This document shows positions 46,056 through 55,935 of a stretch of DNA of 64,000 nt, piece after piece; position 1 is the first letter of the stretch; the number at the start of each line of letters is the position of its first letter. The translations under genes were made by a program, and so were the position numbers. The notes under the pieces were generated by a model, which worked only from the letters and a program-made list of their open reading frames with translations, did no database searches and was not told where the DNA came from. This DNA is from Parachlamydiales bacterium (GTDB lineage: Bacteria > Chlamydiota > Chlamydiia > Chlamydiales > SM23-39), in assembly GCA_015661075.1 (NCBI GenBank), contig JACVQJ010000003.1:28623-92622 (forward strand), given 5' to 3'.

Positions 46056-46218
46056 AAGGACATCTGGAGTCGGCCGCGTCATTCCGCCTATCCATAGAGG
46101 AATGGTTCTCTTAAAACAGCTGCTCCTGCTTTCATTAGGAATTGCTGAGCCAGTTGCAAGTTTCTTGCAAAACTTTTTCTTTAGCACTAATCTACCGTTT
46201 GATTGATTCGAGGATCGA

Positions 46219-47475
46219 TTGCACGATTTGGCTCTGGTTTTTATTTTACTTTTTTTGATTTCGGGATCTGCATTACTGTCTGCATCTGAAACGGCGCTTT
46301 TTTCATTATCGCCTTTGACGCTGCGCTATTATCGCACTGCCAACGATCCGCACCAGAGACTGATCTCTCAGCTCATGGATCGGCCTCGCGATGTGTTGGT
46401 CACGATTCTTATCATGAACGTTGTTTCCAATTTGCTGATCCAAAACACCGTTTCGAGCATTTTTGATCAATTCGGCTACTGGACCCTCAAAGTGGGTCTT
46501 CCTCTTGTCCTCGTACTGGTATTTGGAGAGGTCATTCCCAAATCGATTGCATTGCCGAACAATGCAGCGATAGCTTCCAAAGCGGCACCCGTTGTCAATT
46601 CACTGATGCGATTATTCAGGCCTTTTCTCGTTCGGCTAAATAGTCTGGCCAGTTTGATTTCCCGCGTTGTTTTCTTTTTCCTGCACGAGGATGAAGAGAT
46701 TAGCGCCGACGAGCTGCGCCACGTCGTCAAGACTTCATTGGCCGGCGGCGTATTAAGCCGCCACGAGGCCGAGCTGATCGACGGCGCTTTGGATTTAAAG
46801 GACGCCACCGTGAAAGAACTCATGCGTCCGCGCGATGAAGTGCTTTTTTACGATATTCAGGAGCCGATGCCGCAGCTGATGCATCTGTTTGTCGCGCAAA
46901 AATATACTCGTATTCCCGTCTGCGATTCCCAGCTCGACAATTTGTTGGGCATCCTGTCGGTCCGGCGATTTTTCTTTCACCAGGAAAAAATACATTCCAG
47001 TGCTGATCTGGTCCCGATTTTAAAAAAACCCTATTTTGTTCCTGAAACCACTAATGGCTGGTCATTGCTCCAGACCTTGCGCGAAGCGGGCGAGGACATG
47101 GCGATTGTGGTGGACGAGTATGGCTCGATTTCCGGATTGATTACGCAGGAAGATTTGATTGAGACGGTTGTAGGGCAGATCGCCCGGCAGGATGAAAAGA
47201 GCCTATATACCCGATCCGGCGACGATGTCATCATCGCCAGCGGAAAAATGGAGATCAGCGAGTTTGAGGATCTGTTTGGCGTGAAGCTTTTGTCCAAAGA
47301 AAATCCAGTGACTTTGGGAGGATGGTTGATCGAGCAGCTGGGAGACATTCCGGCCGCCGGTACAAAATACGCCACAGATGATTTTCTTTTTTATGTTCTG
47401 GCCGCCGATCCGAACAGGATTCGAAGAATCTATGTCCGACGCATTCGCACGCCGAAAAAAGGATGGAAGCGATGA
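46219..47475 (+). CDS. DUF21(CNNM)-CBS-CorC_HlyC hemolysin-like membrane protein
   Basis: Four N-terminal TM helices, a CBS pair and a C-terminal CorC/HlyC-type domain. TTG start as listed. First of a tandem pair. Confidence 0.85.
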   Translation: MHDLALVFILLFLISGSALLSASETALFSLSPLTLRYYRTANDPHQRLISQLMDRPRDVLVTILIMNVVSNLLIQNTVSSIFDQFGYWTLKVGLPLVLVLVFGEVIPKSIALPNNAAIASKAAPVVNSLMRLFRPFLVRLNSLASLISRVVFFFLHEDEEISADELRHVVKTSLAGGVLSRHEAELIDGALDLKDATVKELMRPRDEVLFYDIQEPMPQLMHLFVAQKYTRIPVCDSQLDNLLGILSVRRFFFHQEKIHSSADLVPILKKPYFVPETTNGWSLLQTLREAGEDMAIVVDEYGSISGLITQEDLIETVVGQIARQDEKSLYTRSGDDVIIASGKMEISEFEDLFGVKLLSKENPVTLGGWLIEQLGDIPAAGTKYATDDFLFYVLAADPNRIRRIYVRRIRTPKKGWKR

Positions 47476-48689
47476 TGGTTCCGTGGCTATCATTTTTAGG
47501 CTTTACGCTTCTGGCCGTCTTCATTCAGGGGTTTTTTGCCATGTTTGAAATGGCATGCGTTTCATTTAATAAAATGAGGCTGCATTATTTCGCCAGCCAG
47601 GGAAAAAAACGCGCTATTTGGCTCAGCAAATTGATCCAACGGCCGTCCCGACTCTTTGGAACGACTCTGATCGGCATCACTGCTTCCATGCAAATCGGGT
47701 CCGAATGTGCCAGAAGATTTTATGAGTCCCTTTCGATCGATCCCGACTGGGCTCCTTTGACACAGGTTTTTCTCGTCATTATTTTTGGCGAGCTCGTTCC
47801 CATGTTTGCGGCCCGCCGCCATCCGGAACAGCTTGCGATGACTTTTTCGCCTTTGATGATATTGATCTCGCGGATTTTGAGTCCGATCATTTGGGCATTC
47901 GATATGATCGCGATGCTGATCCATCGCATCATGGGCAAATCCCGCGAAGTTCCTTCGTTTCTTTCCAGAGAAGAAGTGCAAAAGGCCTTTGAGGAAGGCG
48001 AAGAGGTGAGAGAGGAATTTAATTCGCTTGTTTCTAAGGTGTTCAGGGTGAAAAATCTGCATGCCCGCCAAACAATGACCCCGGTTCATGCCGTAAAAAT
48101 GATTGCATCCAGCGCATCTATTGATGCGGCGAGGCAGCAATTGACGGCCCATTATACACCGTTTCTTCCGGTCTATCATCAGAGCGTGCAAAATATCGTA
48201 GCGATCGTTCATTTGAGGGATTTGTTGAATGTTGATCCCAAAAAAAAGGTCTTGGATGTTTCGAAACCGCCGTGGTTTGTCACTCAGGAGGCCTCGCTCA
48301 TGCAGATCCTGGAGCAATTTCGCCGCAACAGCCAGAGTGTGGCTGTCATCCTGGATGCGGGCGGTCATGCGTGCGGCCTATTGACCATCGACCAGATCAT
48401 CGATACGATTTTTGGCCCCGAGCAGTATTCTCCTCTGGAAATAGATAAAGGCAACCTATACGTGGAGCGCACGGTGGCAGGCTCAATGACCGTCGAGCAA
48501 TTTAACCGCGATTTTCAAGCCCATCTCCCGTTTAAAAAGAAAGAGACGCTGAGCGATTTGATTGTCTCCCAACTTCATCACCCTCCCGCTAAGGGCGAGG
48601 CGATTGAGATCGGATCCTTTGAATTGACCGTTCTCGAGCCAAGTATTCGCGGTGCGAAGATGATCTCTGTGAAAACGATCGATATTTAG
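47463..48689 (+). CDS. DUF21(CNNM)-CBS-CorC_HlyC hemolysin-like membrane protein (paralogue)
   Basis: Same architecture as the upstream gene. Alternative starts at 47472 and 47475 are tightly coupled to the upstream stop. Confidence 0.85.
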   Translation: MEAMMVPWLSFLGFTLLAVFIQGFFAMFEMACVSFNKMRLHYFASQGKKRAIWLSKLIQRPSRLFGTTLIGITASMQIGSECARRFYESLSIDPDWAPLTQVFLVIIFGELVPMFAARRHPEQLAMTFSPLMILISRILSPIIWAFDMIAMLIHRIMGKSREVPSFLSREEVQKAFEEGEEVREEFNSLVSKVFRVKNLHARQTMTPVHAVKMIASSASIDAARQQLTAHYTPFLPVYHQSVQNIVAIVHLRDLLNVDPKKKVLDVSKPPWFVTQEASLMQILEQFRRNSQSVAVILDAGGHACGLLTIDQIIDTIFGPEQYSPLEIDKGNLYVERTVAGSMTVEQFNRDFQAHLPFKKKETLSDLIVSQLHHPPAKGEAIEIGSFELTVLEPSIRGAKMISVKTIDI

Positions 48690-48803
48690 GCGTCGTAAGC
48701 AAATAACTATTTCATTTTGCGGCCATTATAGAGGCCCATCTGTAAACGATCGCTCCTCGGAGATATTAGAAAATATCCCGCTCGTCATTTGCTTACGACG
48801 CCT
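48688..48803. repeat. 116-bp palindromic element between convergent genes (family E); possible bidirectional terminator
   Basis: 17-bp perfect terminal inverted repeat aggcgtcgtaagcaaat / atttgcttacgacgcct. It fills almost the whole gap between the stops at 48689 and 48809. One copy in the window. Confidence 0.7.
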
Positions 48804-48808
48804 TAGTT

Positions 48809-49936
48809 CTACTTTCTGATTTTGCGGACGACTTCGGTCAGGCGCTCGATACAGGCGTCGATTTCTTCGCGCGTGTTCATCCGGCTGACGGAGAATCGCA
48901 GCGAGGATCGGGCGATAGAACGGCTCATTCCCATTTGCAGCAATACACGGGACGGCTCCAGAGCTCCCGATGAACAGGCGGAGCCGTGGCTAACAGCTAC
49001 GCCGGCCATGTCGAGATGGATGAGAAGTGTTTCTCCGTCGATCCCCGGAAAAGCGAGATTCGAGGTGTTGGCGATGCGCGGACCTGCGCCGTTGATTGTA
49101 ATGTCGGGAAACTCGCGAATCAGGCTGATCTCCAAATGATTGCGAAGGTCCTGGAGATGGTGGGTGATGTCGGTCTGCTTTTCCTTGAGAATTTGTATGG
49201 CTTCGGCCAGGCCTAAAATGCCAGCGAGATTTTCCGTGCCGGCCCGCCGTTGATACTCTTGTCCGCCGCCGGTCAATAGAGGGGTCAGTTTTAAGCTGGA
49301 GCGCGCGATCACACCGCCAATTCCTTTGGGAGCATGGAATTTATGCCCGCTGAAGGCGATAGCACTGACGCCGGGAGGCATGGGAAGCGGTTCTTTGCCG
49401 ATATAGGCCACAGCGTCGAGGATGAGGGGAATTTCTCGCTGATGCGCAATACTTGCGATTTTTTCGATGTCGAGTTTGACTCCGGTTTCACCATTGGCCG
49501 CAGATAAAACGATGGCACTCGTATGGGGAAGAATAGCTGCTTCAAGTTGTTCGGGAAGGGGAGCGCCCCAGGCGTCGACGGGCAGATAAGTCACCGACAC
49601 TCCTGAATTTTCCAATGACTGAACGGTTTTATAGACTGATGCGTGTTCGATCGATGTCGTGATGAGATGCCCCTTGGACCGGCCGCCAAATGAGCCGCGG
49701 ATCAGCATATTGATGCCTTCCGTGCCGCCGGAGGTAAAAATAAGTTCTTCCGGTTTGGCGCCAAAAAATGAGGCGATCGAGCGGCGGGCGGTGTTCAGCA
49801 GGGATTTGGCCTGTTGGCCAAAATAGTGGATGCTCGATGGGTTCGCCGGCGGGCCACTGAATTCGGCAATCATGGCCTTGAACACACGAGGATCGAGAGC
49901 CGTTGTAGCGTTGTTATCGAGGTAGAGCCGTGCCAT
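48809..49936 (-). CDS. cysteine desulfurase (NifS/IscS-type class V aminotransferase)
   Basis: PLP-lysine block ..AFSGHKFHAPKG.. and catalytic Cys loop ..SHGSACSSG... Confidence 0.9.
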   Translation of the reverse strand: MARLYLDNNATTALDPRVFKAMIAEFSGPPANPSSIHYFGQQAKSLLNTARRSIASFFGAKPEELIFTSGGTEGINMLIRGSFGGRSKGHLITTSIEHASVYKTVQSLENSGVSVTYLPVDAWGAPLPEQLEAAILPHTSAIVLSAANGETGVKLDIEKIASIAHQREIPLILDAVAYIGKEPLPMPPGVSAIAFSGHKFHAPKGIGGVIARSSLKLTPLLTGGGQEYQRRAGTENLAGILGLAEAIQILKEKQTDITHHLQDLRNHLEISLIREFPDITINGAGPRIANTSNLAFPGIDGETLLIHLDMAGVAVSHGSACSSGALEPSRVLLQMGMSRSIARSSLRFSVSRMNTREEIDACIERLTEVVRKIRK

Positions 49937-50720
49937 TATTTATGAGGGGTTCCAAGCTGTTGTTATTGTAATTTAGGGCCACCTCTTCAGCTGCCGAAAT
50001 CATTAAAACGGTGATGTTATCACCACCGCCCATTATTTTAGCGCAATCAATCATTTTTTGAGCTGCTTTGTCCATCGAGCGAGAGTTTCGCAAAATCTTT
50101 TGCAGCTCGTCTTTGGAAACGGCATCAGACAAACCATCGCTGCAGAGGAGATACAAATCCTGGGGATCATGCTGAGAAAAGGAAATCTCCGGATTCGCAG
50201 CTCGAGGGGTGCCTATGGCGCGGGTGATGATGTTTTTAGGCGGCGTGGGCTGCTTGGGCCTCTTTTTTGAAAGCCAGCGAGCCAGTAGAGAATGATCGCG
50301 GGTCAGCAGTTCCAGCCGGTCATTGCGAAAGCGGTAGATTCTACTGTCTCCGACATGGGCGTAATAGATGATTGAATCGGTCCATAACACACAGCAAATG
50401 GTCGTCCCCATTCCATGGAGTGATTCGCTGCCGCAGCCCATTTTGTATACCCATCGATTGGCTAGTTCGATGGATTCGCGCAGTTGATGTGAGTAATCGA
50501 TTTTGTCTTCAAATTGCCGGGTGGTTTCCCAGAGCTGGCGCATTGATTCGCAAAGGATCTGCACGGCTTCTTTCGCCGCAACATCTCCCGCCCGCCGGCC
50601 GCCCATCCCGTCGGCCAGAACAAAAAACCCCCATTCCGGTTTGGCTGCCCAGACATCCTGATTGATCAATCGGTTGAGGCCGATATCAGATAAGCCGTAA
50701 TAATGAAGTGAGGACTGCAT
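49914..50720 (-). CDS. bacterial PP2C-family Ser/Thr phosphatase (Stp/PrpC-like)
   Basis: ..YGLSDIGLNRLINQD.., ..LADGMGGRRAGDVAA.., ..YAHVGDSRIY.., ..LLCSDGLSD.., ..GGGDNITVLMI... The 3' end overlaps the desulfurase start by 23 nt. Confidence 0.88.
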   Translation of the reverse strand: MQSSLHYYGLSDIGLNRLINQDVWAAKPEWGFFVLADGMGGRRAGDVAAKEAVQILCESMRQLWETTRQFEDKIDYSHQLRESIELANRWVYKMGCGSESLHGMGTTICCVLWTDSIIYYAHVGDSRIYRFRNDRLELLTRDHSLLARWLSKKRPKQPTPPKNIITRAIGTPRAANPEISFSQHDPQDLYLLCSDGLSDAVSKDELQKILRNSRSMDKAAQKMIDCAKIMGGGDNITVLMISAAEEVALNYNNNSLEPLINNGTALPR

Positions 50721-50736
50721 CGAGCATCCTTGTTAA

Positions 50737-50895
50737 CTCGACTTTGTACATTTTTAGGGCCGCCTGCCTCGCCTATTTGCCCTCTGTCGTTCGACCTCTG
50801 GTCGAACTAGGCGTTTATTTAAGAAGGAAGGGGATTAAACGCCTCAGAGGGCAAATCCATCGAGGCCTTCGGCCCTAAAAATGTACAAAGTCGAG
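50737..50895 (+). mobile_element. family A MITE-like element, copy 4 (159 bp, central stem half-deleted)
   Basis: Termini are intact. The right arm of the central hairpin is missing. Flanked by the perfect 5-bp direct repeat gttaa (50732-50736 and 50896-50900). Lies 16 nt from the PP2C start and 1 nt from the CPBP stop. Confidence 0.9.
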
Positions 50896-50896
50896 G

Positions 50897-51748
50897 TTAA
50901 GTTCCCAAAAAGTATAAATTAGCAATACTTAACGCGTTAAATGCCGCATGCAAAATCATTGATGCGAGCAAGGATCCCTGTCTTTCATACACATACCCTA
51001 AAAATATGGAGAAGATGAAGAGAGATCCAATGATCGGGATATTGCCCAAGCCCTGTTCGTTGGAGTAATGAAAGAGCGCAAAACAGGCTGAGGCGATCAG
51101 AATGGCCGCGGGTGCATTGAAATAGCGGCGTAAATATGTTTGAAGAAACCCTCGAAACAGAATCTCTTCGATGACAGGAGCAAAAATGATGATCGAAAAG
51201 ATAGCCATGAAAAAATAGAGCGGTTTTCCAAATGTCATTTTGAGGAAGAGAATGATGAGCTGATCCGGAAGCTCGAAAGTGTGAAAAATGAAATAAACGG
51301 CCAGTTCGAGAAATTGTCCGGCAAAAATGACGACGGGGAATGCGATGAGGCAAGCTGCAAGAGCAGTGATTGCGTCGTTTTTCAGAGGATTATCGGGATT
51401 GCGGCGCCAAATCGTTTGCCGGATGGGGTGGAAAATTCCCCGTGAGAAAAGCCAGATGCATGTAATGGCTGATGTACTGGTCAAAAATGTGACCCAGGTC
51501 CCGATGCCGATGCGGTCTTGCAGGCCCCATTGAATGATCAGGTGGGTAAAAATAGCCGGCAGGAAGAGATTAACGGCAAAATAGATAACGAAAGCGATCA
51601 AAACGAGTAGAAAAGGCGGGGGGCAGATCGGTGGGGGCGAATTTTGCCAGCGAAAAAAAAAGCCTTTGCGAAAGGCAATCCACAATATCACAAAAGATAC
51701 AGCGGCGGAGAGAATCGCTCCCTCCACCTCTGATGTGAGCGATGTCAT
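50897..51748 (-). CDS. CPBP-family intramembrane glutamic endopeptidase (CAAX protease/Abi)
   Basis: Polytopic, with the motifs ..EEILFRGFLQ.., ..FALFH.. and ..HAAFN... Confidence 0.85.
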   Translation of the reverse strand: MTSLTSEVEGAILSAAVSFVILWIAFRKGFFFRWQNSPPPICPPPFLLVLIAFVIYFAVNLFLPAIFTHLIIQWGLQDRIGIGTWVTFLTSTSAITCIWLFSRGIFHPIRQTIWRRNPDNPLKNDAITALAACLIAFPVVIFAGQFLELAVYFIFHTFELPDQLIILFLKMTFGKPLYFFMAIFSIIIFAPVIEEILFRGFLQTYLRRYFNAPAAILIASACFALFHYSNEQGLGNIPIIGSLFIFSIFLGYVYERQGSLLASMILHAAFNALSIANLYFLGT

Positions 51749-52386
51749 CGGCTCTTCGCCAAATGAATGTATTCGCCAATGCGGGTGGCAAGTTCCTCAA
51801 CGATTTGAGTATGAGCGATTCCCAATGGGGATTTGCTGTACTCATCCGTTCCCCACACGGCCACGGTGTAATCCGTCGGAAGAAGGGTCTTGGGAATATA
51901 ATACGAATCGCGGACGAGTTCCTGGAGCACGATTTGCGGGGTGGTCCCTCGCAAATCGACAACCCGGATGCGGACGCCCATTTTTAAATCGATCGATGTT
52001 TCAAAGGGAACTTCCTGCACTTTTTTGTTGCCTTTGGCGATCGCAACGTTTTCATGTTCGGCCAGTTCCAGAAAAACAACAAATTCGTTGGTTGGAAATT
52101 CGCGCTTCATCCAGGACAAATCGGGACTGAACGGATTTTCGGTATAGGCGATGTTGTCGTTTCGAGAGACGAAGATCGATCCGCCCTGCGAGAGCCGGCT
52201 AACGAACATGGTCGTAAGTTCTTCGGATAAGCTCCAGGGAAGGTCGAACGACGTGGCATCGATGACAGAAGCGACAGTCACTATCGGCTTGGCTCGGCCG
52301 TCTTCATGGAAGCGAGTCAAATCGCTTCCTTTGTGGCTGCAGGCAGTCAAAGCGAGAGAAAAGGCAAAGGCAATCAAAAAGCGCAT
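51745..52386 (-). CDS. hypothetical lipoprotein
   Basis: MRFLIAFAFSLALTACSHKG.. has a signal peptide and the lipobox L-T-A-C. 4-nt overlap with the downstream CPBP gene. Confidence 0.7.
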   Translation of the reverse strand: MRFLIAFAFSLALTACSHKGSDLTRFHEDGRAKPIVTVASVIDATSFDLPWSLSEELTTMFVSRLSQGGSIFVSRNDNIAYTENPFSPDLSWMKREFPTNEFVVFLELAEHENVAIAKGNKKVQEVPFETSIDLKMGVRIRVVDLRGTTPQIVLQELVRDSYYIPKTLLPTDYTVAVWGTDEYSKSPLGIAHTQIVEELATRIGEYIHLAKSR

Positions 52387-52424
52387 GAAATCCTCACTAA
52401 ATTCCAGTATATGAACTGTAGCAA

Positions 52425-53528
52425 TCAGCTCGATTCTTTTCCAGCGAATATGCCATTGAGAAAAATATCGTCGCGAACATCAGAAAGGTTTTTCTCTTTT
52501 CCAAAAGCATAGGAATCGATTTCTTTGCGGATTTGATAAAATTGGGATTGATTTTCCTCGAAAGTCCGAGCGATGAAATCGAAGACATTTTCTTTTCCTT
52601 TTGTGGAAATTTCCATGCCGCACCGATGGAGAAAACGCCCTCGATCATTTTTTAAATCGGTTTTCGCGGGGTTAAAAAAATACATCGGTTTATTGAATCG
52701 GAGAAAATCATATCCAATCGATGAAAAGTCTCCGAGATACGCATCGCTCATCGACAGAAGGGGGTAAATGGGAGGGAAGTCTTCCAGAAAGAGTACTTGC
52801 GGATGGTCTTTGTATTTTTCGCAAATCAGGATGGTTTTCGCGGGGTGCTGCTCGTAAAGATAGGGATGGAGCTTGATGAGAAGATTAAATGGCTGTGTGA
52901 TTTGATCGATCAAAGAGGCGCATTCGTTAAAAAAGGAGGAAGGGTTTTCTTGGCAATCCCAAGTGGGAGCATAAAAGATCGTTTTTTTTCTCTTGTCCAG
53001 TTTTGAAAAAATTCGGCTGTGTGCGAGCTCTTGATAAAATTTTTGATGTTCAACAAAAAACGAATAGCGGTAGTTGCCTGTGGCAATCGTTTGGTGGATC
53101 TTGTCGAACATGCCGGTGTCTTTGAGAAGATCCAGCATATGATCTCCGTAAACCAGAGAGATATCTTCAGGATTGTGAAGCTCTTTTGTCAGGGTATGGC
53201 CCTTGTCGGAGTTTCCATGCGGGCAGTAGACGATGCGCATTTTTTTCTGACAGAAAAGGGGAAATAATTGAACCAGCTCAATGGCCCATAATTTGCTGCT
53301 GACAAAAAGAATGTCGAAGTTCGATGCGAGGTATTCCAGGGAGAGCTCTCTTTCTTCCATCAGAGTGGTTTTTACCTGAGGATAAAAAGATGATGCTATC
53401 TCAAGGGTTTTATCGTCTGAAACAATGAGGGGAATCTCGAGGATGGCAGCCAGAACCCCCAAATGATCGAGGACATTGCTAGGCCGTGGATGTAGAGCGA
53501 CGGCGCGGTGGGGTAAAGTCTTTTTCAT
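52425..53528 (-). CDS. CDP-glycerol glycerophosphotransferase-family (TagB/TagF-like) protein
   Basis: ..KKTIFYAPTWDCQ.. and ..AYLGDFSSIGYDFLRFNKPMYFF.. match the conserved YAPTWR and D-x-SS..DF...KP blocks of the Glyphos_transf family, by eye. Confidence 0.65.
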   Translation of the reverse strand: MKKTLPHRAVALHPRPSNVLDHLGVLAAILEIPLIVSDDKTLEIASSFYPQVKTTLMEERELSLEYLASNFDILFVSSKLWAIELVQLFPLFCQKKMRIVYCPHGNSDKGHTLTKELHNPEDISLVYGDHMLDLLKDTGMFDKIHQTIATGNYRYSFFVEHQKFYQELAHSRIFSKLDKRKKTIFYAPTWDCQENPSSFFNECASLIDQITQPFNLLIKLHPYLYEQHPAKTILICEKYKDHPQVLFLEDFPPIYPLLSMSDAYLGDFSSIGYDFLRFNKPMYFFNPAKTDLKNDRGRFLHRCGMEISTKGKENVFDFIARTFEENQSQFYQIRKEIDSYAFGKEKNLSDVRDDIFLNGIFAGKESS

Positions 53529-53680
53529 ACATGGAGGCCCCTGCTTGTGATTAATAATAAGGTTCTCGTTTCTGGTTCTAAGGGTGGCAAATTTGAGTCA
53601 AAAATGGAAGTAAGTTGCGCAATTTTCATAACAACCTAAAAACAAGATGCTTGTACGTAATCGTTTGCTGCTGTAGACAT

Positions 53681-55657
53681 TTAGGAATGGTTTGCGCCGA
53701 TAGCAACAATGGCCGAAAAGGGAAGCAGTTCGATGGATTCATTCAATGGAAAGCCTTTTTGCGGCTCATTCAGATGGTGGCGGTCCCAGCAATCGGCCGT
53801 ATTGACGATGAGCCTCCATTTGTTCGCGGGAGGCAGATAAACAAGAGCTTCTCGAACATCGGCATTGAAGGCGGCATAAATGGGCGTATCGCTTTTGAGA
53901 GTGAATGCAATGAAGCGCGAGTGGGTTTTCCAGTCGGGGCGGTGAGGAAGGTGGCCATGCCACTCGATGTCCTCGTCCTCCAGGAACCATTTTTTTCTGA
54001 ATACCGGATGCGATTTGCGAAAACGGATCAGGGAAGTGACGAATTCCTGCATCGAATGATTATGCTTCAATACATCCCAATCAAACCAATTGATGTCATT
54101 GTCCTGGACGTAAGGATTGTTGTTGCCTTTTCTCGTGTGCCCGTATTCATCTCCCATGAGAAACATCGGAATTCCCTGCGATAAAAATAGCGCAAGCCAA
54201 AAATTGCGCAGCTGGCGCTCCCTCAGCTCGTGAATCTCCCGATTTTGCGTCGGCCCTTCAGCGCCGCAGTTCCAGTTTTCGTTATGATCGGCTCCGTCCC
54301 TGTTGTTCTCGCCGTTTTCGATGTTATGTTTGTGCTGATAGGTCACTAAATCGCGCAGGCAAAAGCCATCATGCGCCGTGATGAAGTTGATGCTCGATTG
54401 CGGATTAGTTGTTGGATAGGTCGGTTCGCTGCCGCAAATAGAGGCGGCAAAGCCCCCTGTTTCATGATCCGTGCCTTTGATGAAGCGACGCACATGATCG
54501 CGATAGGATCCATTCCATTCAGACCAGGAGCCCCATTTGTGGAACTGACCGACCTGGCTGAGACCGGCTGCATCCCATGGTTCGGCGATCAGCTTGACGT
54601 TTTTCAGAACCGGATCCTGATTCATGGCCTTGAGAATGGGCGGATCTGCCATTGGATGGCCAAACGAATCGCGGGTCAAAATGGATGCCAGATCAAACCG
54701 GAATCCATCCACTTTCATCTCTTGTGTCCAATACCTGAGACTGTCGATGATGATTTTCTGGCCCAAAGGGCCGTTGGTCAAAAATGTATTGCCGCAGCCG
54801 GTGTAATTGGTGTCAGCCCCATGTTTATCCTTGATGAAATATCCGGCAGAGTCGATGCCCCGAAATGAAACGGGATAATCGTCTCCTTCGCCCGTATGGT
54901 TGTAGACGACATCGAGGATGACCTCGATGTTGGCCCGATGAAGCTCTCGCACCATCGTTTTGAATTCATCGATGGCTTTTTGCGGATGGGATGCATAGCG
55001 GCTTACAGGAATAAAAAAACTGATCGGGTTGTAACCCCAGTAGTTGATGCGCGGCAGTTGCGTGGATGAATAGACTTTCGGGGAGTGGGTTTCGTCGAAT
55101 TCATAGACAGGCATCAGCTCGACAGCGTTGATGCCGAGCTGTTTCAGATATTCGATTTTTTCAATCAATCCGGTGTAAGTCCCTTTGGATTGGACCTGGC
55201 TCGATGGATGCATCGTAAATCCGCGCACGTGCATTTCATAGATGATCAGATCTTCCAGAGGAATGCGGGGATTGTCGACGCCCTGCCAGTCAAATGGCGT
55301 TGGAGGCGCAATGTCGCACAGATATGGATTTCTGCGGCAGGCAAAATCTCCCCAATGACAGCTCCCAGAAAACGAGCGGGCATAGGGATCAGCGAGAAAA
55401 ACTCCGCCGTCGATGCGATAGGCATACGACCCATTGGGCGGAAGCGCTTCGACGGATACATGCCAAACGCCGTCGGTCGGTCCGCGCATGGGGATTTCAA
55501 CAATAGGTGTCGCTGCCTCAGCAACGAACAGACATAGATCGACTCGATGGGCTTTTGGAGATGCGAGGGCAAAATTGGCGCGCTGATCAGAAAAAGTAAG
55601 CCCCAACGGTTCCGGGGAGCCATCGCCTGATAAGGTCGGAGTTTGACTGCGAGCCAC
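53681..55657 (-). CDS. glgX: glycogen debranching enzyme (GH13)
   Basis: GH13 blocks ..VILDVVYNHT.., ..GFRFDLAS.., ..IAEPWD.., ..FITAHDGF... I prefer the in-frame GTG at 55657 ((M)ARSQTPTLSG.., ~658 aa). The listed 71-aa extension to 55870 runs through AT-rich promoter-like DNA. Confidence 0.88.
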   Translation of the reverse strand: MARSQTPTLSGDGSPEPLGLTFSDQRANFALASPKAHRVDLCLFVAEAATPIVEIPMRGPTDGVWHVSVEALPPNGSYAYRIDGGVFLADPYARSFSGSCHWGDFACRRNPYLCDIAPPTPFDWQGVDNPRIPLEDLIIYEMHVRGFTMHPSSQVQSKGTYTGLIEKIEYLKQLGINAVELMPVYEFDETHSPKVYSSTQLPRINYWGYNPISFFIPVSRYASHPQKAIDEFKTMVRELHRANIEVILDVVYNHTGEGDDYPVSFRGIDSAGYFIKDKHGADTNYTGCGNTFLTNGPLGQKIIIDSLRYWTQEMKVDGFRFDLASILTRDSFGHPMADPPILKAMNQDPVLKNVKLIAEPWDAAGLSQVGQFHKWGSWSEWNGSYRDHVRRFIKGTDHETGGFAASICGSEPTYPTTNPQSSINFITAHDGFCLRDLVTYQHKHNIENGENNRDGADHNENWNCGAEGPTQNREIHELRERQLRNFWLALFLSQGIPMFLMGDEYGHTRKGNNNPYVQDNDINWFDWDVLKHNHSMQEFVTSLIRFRKSHPVFRKKWFLEDEDIEWHGHLPHRPDWKTHSRFIAFTLKSDTPIYAAFNADVREALVYLPPANKWRLIVNTADCWDRHHLNEPQKGFPLNESIELLPFSAIVAIGANHS

Positions 55658-55935
55658 GATGAATGCCTGTTTTTTATTTATGTGTATAAGTTTTATTTTA
55701 ATATCAATAAAAATTGTTAAAAAATCGTTGTTTGTGCTAATGTTTAAATATAGGCGCAACAGGCTTTTTTGTGGCAAATGTTGGAAATCAACGCGGGAAA
55801 TTCCTTGCCAGCTTTCCAGGAAAGATTTATAACTGTTGCAGTAAAAATTGAACATTTTCTCCGTTTGCAAGATGAGCCTGCTATAGTATTTGCATTTGCA
55901 AACGGATGCACAAAATTACATTCGTGGAGGACTGC

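Noticed and set aside
47562-48368. Long antisense ORFs in the track, e.g. 47562..48368 (268 aa), 53615..54184, 24927..25559, 554..1066, 11096..11620, 34293..34808 and 5162..5755.
   Set aside because: Each lies opposite a gene with strong family motifs, has Arg/Ser/Gly/His-rich low-complexity composition typical of shadow frames, and shows no recognisable motif.
55658-55870. 71-aa N-terminal extension of glgX (start 55870).
   Set aside because: It runs through very AT-rich promoter-like DNA (ttattttaatatcaataaaaattg), has odd composition, and would make the protein longer than usual for GlgX. The in-frame GTG at 55657 gives a normal-length protein. This needs experimental confirmation.
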